DNA from: Macrostomum lignano
Lineage: Eukaryota
Length of the DNA: 23,874 nucleotides
Assembly: GCA_002269645.1 (NCBI GenBank)
Contig: NIVC01005170.1
Span: 1 to 23,874 of the forward strand
Direction: 5' to 3'
The position numbers were made by a program, and so were the translations under genes. Below, in pieces: positions 9,612 to 19,100 of this stretch (positions are counted from its first letter, which is position 1; each line of letters begins with the position of its first letter). The notes under the pieces were generated by a model. It worked only from the letters and a program-made list of their open reading frames with translations, did no database searches and had not been told where the DNA came from.

Positions 9612-10560
9612 CCATAGACATTTGTGTCCTTGACAAAGTGGGACAGGAAATACGAGTAGAAAGGGGGTGTGGGGGCGAAGCCATCACCAAAAGCCATAGA
9701 CAAAACACGAAATAAGAATTTTTGCTGTAGTACAGTACTAACTTAAGAAGAGAAGAGAATAGAGTATACTGTATAGAGAATAGAATAGAATAGAGAATTG
9801 AAACTTATCGCACCACAGACTGCATACGGTTTGACTAAGACAAAACTAGATCTAGAAGCATGATCAACTATAGCAGTATCGCAGAGGGCGAGATAAGTGG
9901 ATTGAATGCTGATGAATTGGAATTTGTAACTCATTAATCTGCTGGACGCAGCCATGAATCGGCTGTCTCACAATACGACGGACTTCCATCGGTCGACTCG
10001 AGACGCATCAACGAGTTCCTTCTGAACGTGACGGAGTTTCCTGAAGTGGACGAGACGGACCTCCAGAAGATAACTAATCTGGAGAAGCTGCCGTTGTACA
10101 ATCAACAGAGAAGCAGACGGACATCTACTCTAGAAGACTGAAGGCTTTTCTGAGTGAAAGAGGTCTTTCAGGTATGTAGCAGGTAAGTTTAACTGCTGGA
10201 TTGATTAAATTGACAATTGTCGTTTTGTTTTTGTTGCATTTATGTTCTAGTTTTCACATGTTTCATGCAGAGTCGTTCTACAAATAAAGCGGTTGTGTAA
10301 CTGCCCACTAATTTGCATTAAAGTAAGTTTGACATAGACAAGTTTGATATTTCTTTCCTGCAAGCGGGCTTAAATGTAGTCTATGGCATTAAAAGGCAAG
10401 AATAAGTGCCCAGCGGGCACAAAGGTCATGGTACAATCGCCATTTAATAAGCATTCTATGTTCAGAATGTCCGAGGCATTTACGCTCGTAAATGGTCCCG
10501 AGGCGAGCGAAGCGAGCCGAGGACCAATGAGTGGGGCCAAGGACATTTTGACCATAGACA
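9612..10560 (+). mobile_element. Putative Crypton-like non-autonomous element A
   Basis: Direct repeat CCATAGACA at 9612-9620 and 10552-10560; inner inverted 8-mer TGTCCTTG (9625-9632) / CAAGGACA (10538-10545); frameshifted recombinase-N-terminus-like fragment inside; shares a subterminal GGGGGTGTG...GAAGCC motif with element B. Confidence 0.45.
9954..10171 (+). pseudogene. Fragment resembling the N-terminal region of Crypton/DUF3504-type tyrosine recombinases
   Basis: With two 1-nt frame corrections (after ATG 9954 and near 10083) it reads M(E)SAVSQYDGLPSVDSRRINEFLLNVTEFPEVDETDLQKITNL-EAAVVQSTEKQTDIYSRRLKAFLSERGLS. This resembles the F..x.EE.L..I......NT.K.T......F..FL.ER pattern. Ends at donor G|GTATGT (10172). 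Confidence 0.45.
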
Positions 10561-10583
10561 GCTTAATTTAATGGCTATTATTT

Positions 10584-11989
10584 TATATGAAATCAGATTG
10601 CTTATTTTTGGAATATTCCATCTGGCAGAGCCACTGCAGGGGGTGTGAAGCCCCCAAAGTTGAACCATAAACTTTTATGTAGAATTTCTCAAAACAGCTT
10701 AGAATTCTCATACAGTCTTAAATCTTTCTCGCGGGCCAAAGACAATGTTTTAGTAGGGATTTTCTTAAGACAGTCGGCAAGTGAAAGAATGTCTAAAACG
10801 GAGAGAAGCGAGTACGAAAAAATTAGTCTAACTGCTTTAGCGAGGATTCGTGCTGTTCTATTTGCTATGGCTGGCGCTGAGGAAGTCGTTGAATTCTTTG
10901 ATTTCTTCCGCTCATTTGAGAATTCACCTACAGCTGATGCGGTGCGTCCATCTTTACCTTCGACAAGCCGTATGGGTGAGTTGCTTGATTTGACCGACTT
11001 GGAGTTCCAGGATGTCTGAGAATCATCGGTCCCTCTGCCAAGGTGATTGATGGTCTTGGATTGCGTCCAGTGCTTCACAAGGCATCTCTGGTCCAGAAGC
11101 AAACCCGAGCAACGGTCCCACCGGTGAGCTTGTCGCTTCTGATGAGCCGAGGCCAAATACACGCGTCTGAAGACGATTACGATCATAGATAAGTCAAACA
11201 AGTGGGGAATGATGTATTTATTACTCAGTTCATGTCAAGCGAGAGGAAAGTTAAGATAAAATCCTGCAACGTACTTACCAACGACTTATCCAAACAAAAA
11301 ACCACAATAAGTATTCCTGACGACTTACTTGACTTGACTCTGCCGGACATGGATTTTAATCTTGACGTGCTCATGGTGGCCGAAGGCGACAAACAACGTG
11401 ATGGAGTGGTTTTGAGTCGGCATGCGATGATGAGTTGAATTTGCAACTGAATAAAGCGACATCTGAAAAGACTAAAAAGAAGGCTGATTGGATCGTTGGC
11501 GTATTCAAGCATTGGCATGAGCAGAAGACTGCTTGGTGAACGGGTGGTGGTCCATCGTTAATGGTCCTGAAAGATCTCTCGGAGATGACGAAGCAAGATC
11601 TGAATTATCTTCTGAAGTACTTCGTTATGGAAGTACGCAATCAGGATGGAGGACGGTACACTTCCACCACTCTGAAAGACTTTGTGTCCAAGATTCAATG
11701 GCACTGGCGCCGTTAACTCCGAGAGTCCTAGTCCTAAGAAGATGCGAATCGAGATCTGTGGCGAATCAAATAAGGTGACGATTACTTTCGATTAACAATG
11801 CTTGTTTTTCGAGAACTTAATGACGAAGGTGCAGTTCTTCGTTCGTTCTTCGTTTCTTACACGTTATTTCGTTCTAACAGAAATTCTAAGGTACTCGGCC
11901 AAATAAATTTCTTTCGCATCAAATAAATGCTTTTCTTAGTCTATGACCGGGCCTAACTGGGTAATAAATAAGCAATCGGATTTTATATG
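10584..11989 (+). mobile_element. Crypton-like tyrosine-recombinase transposon B, internally deleted (1406 bp)
   Basis: 6-bp terminal direct repeat TATATG (10584-10589, 11984-11989) immediately outside 18-bp inverted arms AAATCAGATTGCTTATTT (10590-10607) and AAATAAGCAATCGGATTT (11966-11983), 17/18 complementary. Decayed DUF3504/Crypton-type coding sequence inside; AATAAA signals at 11902, 11922 and 11963. Confidence 0.72.
10867..11795 (+). pseudogene. Decayed Crypton/DUF3504-family tyrosine recombinase lacking the catalytic domain
   Basis: Frame 11411-11698 reads FESACDDELNLQLNKATSEKTKKKADWIVGVFKHWHEQK...(TGA 11537)...LKDLSEMTKQDLNYLLKYFVMEVRNQDGGRYTSTTLKDFVSKIQ. This matches the ELNY.L..FV.E.R..DG..Y...TL motif of ZMYM2/3/4, QRICH1 and Crypton proteins. 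It then jumps to a C-terminal-like tail NGTGAVNSESPSPKKMRIEICGESNKVTITFD* (TAA 11793-11795). The acidic low-complexity N-terminus is broken by stops and frameshifts. Confidence 0.75.
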
Positions 11990-13185
11990 CTAATAAGTCT
12001 AAATCAGTTGCACATAAAATATACTTTTTCGCCACGCTTTGTGAGTTTTATTTCTCTTTTAAGATGACACAAAATTTATATACGAGCTACATGTATCTGT
12101 AGACATGTGGGACATGTGGGTTAAACTTCTGTGGCACAAAGTTAGTGCATGTTTCTTTTAAGAAGTTAAATAGAATGCTTCTTTGAAGACAACAGTCGCC
12201 AAATACGTAAAGGGCGGGCTTTCAAATAGCTTCTAGCGGTCCATGAGTCAGATGCGCTCACCGATAGAGGCTTTTTGCAACCGGGAGAAGCCTTTAAAAA
12301 TGAACTGATCAATGTTTTCTAATTTTAGAATCAAACGAAAAATAGTAAAATTACTCGGCTTTTCATAGAAACAATGCTTATTGACGGTTTTTTATTTTAC
12401 TTTAAAAAATTAATTAATAATAGTTCTGCTGATCATTAAGCCTCTGCTTGGAATATATCTGACTCAATGCAGTTCACAGTTAATATCTTATCTATTAAGT
12501 TTAGCACTAGACCCTCTTCGAAAATATTTATACCTTTCTTGAGAAGCACTTACAGCTCTTGGACTGGGCTTTCTGTCGCGCATCAGAATTTCCTTTGAGT
12601 TGACGAGAGAGGAGGCGGGACAGTTCTCTTCATCCCTTTTATCCCGAATCCCAACAAGATTGAGTGAAGCCCGTCGACTGAAGATTATCTTTCAGTCAGT
12701 CGGGGCATCTGAAGAGACGGCGGAAATATGAATGACAGTGATCTAGGCAGCACTGCAGCTTGACGGACTTCAAAAAGAAAAAGAATAACCTTTTGGTGCA
12801 TTCCAAAGCGGAAACAGAATTGCTTTTTCATCATTGGGCGAATGAATATCCCAAAGTAAAATGGATATTGACTGGATATTTGATTTTCATATTTGACCGG
12901 CTTCCGGGATGCTACTTGCCTCCCCTCGCTTGAAAGCTCAATGATAGCCTCATTCATTTTTACCAAAGAATGCGTACCAAGAATCTTGAGGAGCGATAAA
13001 TTGACTGTTGTAGCGCTGCGTGTTTCAAGTAGTCTGGTGGCTTGATCTTAAGAATGTATTCACGTTTAGATTATCACTGATACGATGGAAATATCGCAGA
13101 TACAACAGTTTCACAGATACTTCAGCGCCACCGATACATCAATGGGACAAAATACTCCAATGTCAGAGGCACTCAAGTGTTATAT

Positions 13186-14240
13186 ATGATGCGTCAGTGT
13201 CACAGATGATGCGTCAGTGTCACAGATGATGCGTCAGTGTCACAGATGATGCGTCAGTGTCACAGATGATGCGTCAGTGTCACAGATGATGCGTCAGTGT
13301 CACAGATGATGCGTCAGTGTCACAGATGATGCGTCAGTGTCACAGATGATACGTCAGTGTCACAGATGATGCGTCAGTGTCACAGATGATGCGTCAGTGT
13401 CACAGATGATGCGTCAGTGTCACAGATGATGCGTCAGTGTCACAGATGATGCGTCAGTGTCACAGATGATGCGTCAGTGTCACAGATGATGCGTCAGTGT
13501 CACAGATGATGCGTCAGTATCCCAGATGATACGTCAGTGTCACAGATGATGCGTCAGTGTCACAGATGATGCGTCAGTGTCACAGATGATGCGTCAGTGT
13601 CACAGATGATGCGTCAGTGTCACAGATGATGCGTCAGTGTCACAGATGATGCGTCAGTGTCACAGATGATGCGTCAGTGTCACAGATGATGCGTCAGTGT
13701 CACAGATGATGCGTCAGTGTCACAGATGATGCGTCAGTGTCACAGATGATGCGTCAGTGTCACAGATGATGCGTCAGTGTCACAGATGATGCGTCAGTGT
13801 CACAGATGATGCGTCAGTGTCACAGATGATGCGTCAGTGTCACAGATGATGCGTCAGTATCCCAGATGATACGTCAGTGTCACAGATGATACATCAGTGT
13901 CAAAGATACATCAGTGTCACAGATGATACGTCAGTGTCACAGATAATACGTCAGTGTCACAGATGATACATCAGTGTCACAGATGATACGTCAGTGTCAC
14001 AGATGATACATCAGTGTCACAGATGATACATCAGTGTCACAGATGATACATCAGTGTCACAGATGATACATCAGTGTCACAGATGATACTCAGTGTCACA
14101 GATGATACATCAGTGTCACAGATGATACATCAGTGTCACAGATGATGCGTCAGTGTCACAGATGATACATCAGTGTCACAGATGATACTCAGTGTCACAG
14201 ATACATCAGTGTCACAGACACGACGTCAGTGTCAGATGAT
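13186..14240. repeat. 20-bp minisatellite (CACAGATGATGCGTCAGTGT)n, about 52 units
   Basis: Near-perfect 20-bp period 13201-13900; 17-20 bp variant units (ACG/ACA in place of GCG) toward 14240; no spacers. Confidence 0.97.
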
Positions 14241-15001
14241 AAGCCAGTGCCAATGTCACAGATCGTTGATATTATAGCATTTCAGATAGCATTTTCTATT
14301 TTTCAGATGATTAATTTTGAACGAATAAAGTTCGTTTTGTACGATTAGAACTTTTTCGGCAATTATTTGCAAGTAAACTACTCCTGGCTGTATTACACTC
14401 ACTCCTTCGCAGTGCACTGCACACATATTGAGAACAACAACAACAATTTAATCTTAGAATGTTACCACATCCACCACATCTACTAAACGCCGCCAAACTG
14501 CAGCAAATAGCCGCAGAATGGCTACCCCCTCTGGTTGCTAGCCCGCCACCCTGTCGAGTTTACCCATAGCCTTGAGTGCTTGTCGGGCAGTCTAAGGACA
14601 GTTTATCTCGTATCAAATCTGAATTTGCTACTCATTTGGCCAGCCTTATCGCTGCCGCCGCTGCAGTGGCGATATTCACCTCTCCTTTTTTTAATTCAAT
14701 TGAAACCGAGTGCTTCATAAGAGTCTTTCTCTGGCCCGGGTCTCCTCACCTGTAGCCGCCTCAGTTCAGCTCGAATAGACTCAAACGCGTGCATAAACAT
14801 TTTCTTGCACTTAATAACTTGTACGTGACTGGACTCTGGCAGGTATTCGGTCCATCTTGTCTTTTGCTCTCTCTCTATTTCTCTACCCATTATTCTCTCT
14901 CGCTCATGGCGCAACCGATGTGAATTAGAGAAAAAAGAGCAATCGTGCTGCAGAATTTCATAACTGCACATTATCAGTCTAAATTTAATGTGCCCGCCTA
15001 C

Positions 15002-15003
<2 letters not shown>

Positions 15004-15066
<63 letters not shown>
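15004..15066. repeat. (CT)~31 microsatellite
   Basis: Perfect CT dinucleotide run. Confidence 0.97.
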
Positions 15067-15070
<4 letters not shown>

Positions 15071-16074
15071 TCTTCACTTTCTCACCCAGAGATATCACCA
15101 TAGCAACCAGCTTCGTTCTCGACGGCGCTCGGGTGGGTTGGTGCCAAGGGCTAATCGCTGTCGCAAATGGAAGCGGGTGCGTGCAAATGTAAATAGGCGA
15201 ATTCTCTGACTTACTGTTCTATCATTCCTTTCATTAGTGGCCTTCCAATCGGAGTTGAGAGAAGAGATTGAAAGAAATAGTAAAAACAAGGAAAAGTTGG
15301 GGGAGGGCCGTTGAGGTGCGCGCTGCGTTTTAACAGTCACCCCCTACTGAGAGACTGCTCATTACGCCTTGAGCTGCTTTCGTCTCTTTTAATTTTCCAT
15401 CCCTGTCTATTTCTTTTGTAGTTTGTCCGTCTATTTTAGACTCTTCCATAGTTTCTAGCTCGCATAAACTAGCAACGAGAGTCAAGAGACAGTTGAATTA
15501 GTGAGAGATCTAGATTTATCTTTATAGGTCGCTTCTGAATAAGGCGTCGTTAAGCCTCGCTCCCACCCAACTCTTTTCGAAGCACAAACGTTATAAAATA
15601 AAAGAGAAAGCCGAAAGAATCACGTGCAAACTAGTGAAAAGGGGGGCTGACAGGATTGTCTTTGAAGCAGAAATCGTTTCGGCAGTCAACGGCAGTCAAA
15701 GCGTGTCGCTTCAGCAATGAACTTCAATCAAGACGCTGTGAGTTGCACGCGTAGGCGGATAGTTCTCTGAGTCATTTTGTCTAGAAAAAGTATTGTACTT
15801 TTCCATGATTGCTAATTCGTGACGTCTGGCCCTCTGGAAGGGCATAGAAATCCTCTCTAGAGTGTCTTAGACCTCTAGTAGCTCGTACAAGATGGCAAGC
15901 CTCTGAAAACCCTCTGAAGATTGTTAGAGGTTTCAAGCTGAAAATGGGCTACCCTCTGAAAGACTGTCAAGAAACTTTGAGTGGTAATACGCTTACAGTA
16001 AACGTGTAGCAAATGATGTATTATTTAAATTATCCTACACACATTAGTGCATGCCTGAAACAATGTCACTTTAG

Positions 16075-16191
16075 GATGAGGCTACCGCGGCTGCGGGAAA
16101 ACAGTCGCCAGGCCGGAAGAGCTTCGGCTACAGGGCTATCTTTCCCAAGCTGCTAGGCGATCAAGTTATGACTGGCAGAATGGATGGTCTG
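16075..16191 (+). CDS. NWD-like gene, first identifiable exon (candidate start ATG 16168)
   Basis: Acceptor TCACTTTAG| at 16074, donor CTG|GTAAGT at 16192. 117 nt open in phase 0 (DEATAAAGKQSPGRKSFGYRAIFPKLLGDQVMTGRMDGL), joins in frame to 16463. Confidence 0.55.
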
Positions 16192-19100
16192 GTAAGTTTA
16201 GAGTGGCTTCTTAGTCTGTAGAATAGTGGTTTCAGCTAATACTGAATTCGTGCTGGATGCACTTTACAAAAAACTGCAGGATCACTACGGTCATTGGAAA
16301 CTGTTTCGCCAGAGTCGAGCAATGGGAACGGAGCGGCAACAGTTGGTTATTAGTCACATGAAAGTAAGTTGTAAATATTAACGTTATTGTGTTATACTCT
16401 TGTTTACTTACATGCTGTACTTGTACTTTTTCCAACTGATCGCACCTCCCAATTTTCACCAGCGTGGCCTGCGCCATCGCCTCGATCGTCGGTTCGCGGC
16501 TATCCAGGAGAGCAGCGAGGCCAGTCGTGGCGTTATCAGCGACGGCCCAACGCCCGACGGCATTGCAGGTGGCGGCGGCGGTGGCGGCGGTGGCAGCGGT
16601 GGCGGTGATGTACTTTTAAACGGAAGACTAGCTGCGGAAGGTACAAATGCATCAGCCTCGGAGCCTCTGGCATCAGCTCGCGCTGCCGAGGTTACGCCAC
16701 GTCCGAGGCCAGCAGACGAGCACGAGTCGCTAGAGTCCGACAGGTCCACCGTACTGTTTCAGCGCTACTCGCAGTACGGCGTACAGCGCTCCAACTCCAC
16801 ACTCAGCACAGCGGGTGTCATCCCGGTCGACTTTCTTCATCCGGAAACTGAGTCTACGCCGCCGGCCGCCGGACCGGCCACGTTGGCGGCCGATCCGCAA
16901 CAGGACGAAAAAGTAAAATCGCTGCTGGACAAGGAGCTGACCTTCGTGAACACGTTTGCCGTCGCTTCCGAACTGGAAGAAGTCCTCAGCAGGCAGTCGT
17001 CCTCCATGACGGCCCTACCACCGATCGGGGCTCGAACTCGGGACGACGCCAAGACTCTGCTACTGTATGTGACGTCCAGCTTAGGTGATTTTGATGCCGA
17101 GCGAGCGGCTATGGCCGAGCATCTTGTGCCACATCTGCGGGACACTGCGCGCAGCTTTGGTCTGGACTTTCGTCTGATTGATCCGCATTTTGGCTGCCGG
17201 TTTCACGCCTGCGACAACCACGAAGATATGAAAATCTGTCAGGAGGCTCTTGCCAAGACGAAGCTGTATAAGGATCGGCTAAATCATGTGGTATGTCGGA
17301 TGCGTCTTTCTAGCGAATTAACTTTAATGCACAGTAATTTGATCGAAACTGGTAACTTTCGAATGCATGTAGTCGGATACCGGTGTGTTTGATCAAAAGG
17401 GATGTCAGCTTAAACTGCGGAATAGAAATTAAAGTCGGCAAGAACTAGCAAACACTGGAAACGCCAGGAAGGGAGGTTGATGGTGCATGTCTTGGCGTTT
17501 CTAGTCGACTGCTCTGACAAGTTAGTCCGCTTGGTCCAGAGTTTTGCTTCGGGCTTCTTCGGATAGGTTGACATCCCCTTTGATTAGTGAAGAAATTTAT
17601 TATTATTGAGTACTTGCCTATGTATAGTTAGTGCATAGCTTAAGCAAGTGATAAATCAAGTATATCGGTTCCCTTCCTCTCAGATCCTACTCGGAGACAA
17701 ATTCGGCAAGCCGAGCAGCCCGCCGACCATTGATCGAGCCGAATTCGAACTAATCCGGGGCGAATACAACTCGGCCTACCAGAAGCTGCAGCAACTGCGA
17801 GTTGAGCGTCAAAAAGAGCTGGAAGAGATGGAGACAGAGCGCAAAGTCCAGGAAGAAAAGCGCAACAGAGCCGGCGCAGACGATGATGATACGGATGATG
17901 ATTTTGAAGACGCCTCAACTCGTCGAAACAACCGGCGGACAAGCGTCAACAGGCGCCGGAGCAGCGTGAAGCCGAAGCCGAAGGCAAGCCTCACATCGGT
18001 AGCGAAGACGGTGGGCCGGGCGATGCTTATTCGCAAGTCTCAATTGGAGGACAACATACGCAGCATAGAGCCCTACTTGCCTAGCGAAAACTTCCTGGAT
18101 ACCTGGTATTACCTGGATAGCAGTCGCGTGCCAGTAGTTTACCGGCTAGCGCAGGTCAGCAGCGTTCTGCCGGAATTTTCCGCTTACAGAATGCAGGTTC
18201 AGGACCAGTGGCAGCGGACGGACCAGCAACTGTTGGCCACGCTCACCTTCTGCTCGCGTCGACTAGTGAAAAATGACGTCATGCCCGAGTCTGAGAGCAC
18301 CATCCTTGCCCTAAACAAGACGTCCGTGCTGGAGCAAGAGTTGCGCCAGACCGTGCTTCGATCGCGTGGCAGCCACTCGGACGCTCTGATGTTTGTGCGA
18401 ACTTTTGACAACTTGAAAGATCAAGTAGGCCAGCCACTCGCGGCCTTATATACGGACATTGAGCCGGGACGTGACGAGGTCGACTTAGAGGCTGCGCACG
18501 CTTTTGTTACGGTCAAACGGGATCTGGAATTGATGGTGTGTCAATGAACCGAGCGTTTTACTATGGTTGTAAACAATTTTAAACCAGGCAGATTCTATCA
18601 CTACCAAATTCAGTTTAGCGTTCTGCTTTATTATAAAAAACTTGCTGAAAATTTCACCCTCAGGTGCCAGAAGACATCATCCACCGGGCTCAGATCAGTT
18701 GGATCCCAGAGGGCGGCGTCAATCCCGAGCGGTCGCGCATTCACGAGAATCACGTGAAAAAAATCTGCGCCCAGATTATCCGCGTCCTAGAGCCGCAGAT
18801 TCGTCAAATTGGACTGGATCTGGAGAGGCACCAGACTGAGCAGCAGAGTCTGATGCACACTATTCAGGAGAATGAGAACTACTGCCTGCAACAGTAATTA
18901 TATTCATTGCTTTATTTACTTAAAGCAAGTTCTCCGAATAGAGCATATGGTTCAGAGCATGTATCAGGGCATATGAACTCAACTAACCAACCGCTCTTTA
19001 CCCGATGCGCAATAAAAATACGCTTTGGTGGAGGTGATTAATTAGACAAGTGCAGCATGCAGAACTAAGTAAGAAAGGGAAAAGTATGCAGCACTCTTAT

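Noticed and set aside
11139-11160. CTGATGA as a hammerhead ribozyme core
   Set aside because: The following GCCGAGGC stem has only a 2-nt loop and is followed by CAAA rather than the required GAAA.
10689-11201. 170-aa minus-strand ORF within element B
   Set aside because: Antisense to the decayed recombinase N-terminus; no domain features.
13186-14240. Tandem 20-bp arrays as CRISPR (also 19671-20001)
   Set aside because: Contiguous units without unique spacers, no cas genes, eukaryotic context.
16400-16462. ORF-track N-termini at 610, 16400, 17648 and 20724 and the tail 17291-17392
   Set aside because: These are read-through into introns; polypyrimidine-AG acceptors and GT donors define the real exon edges.
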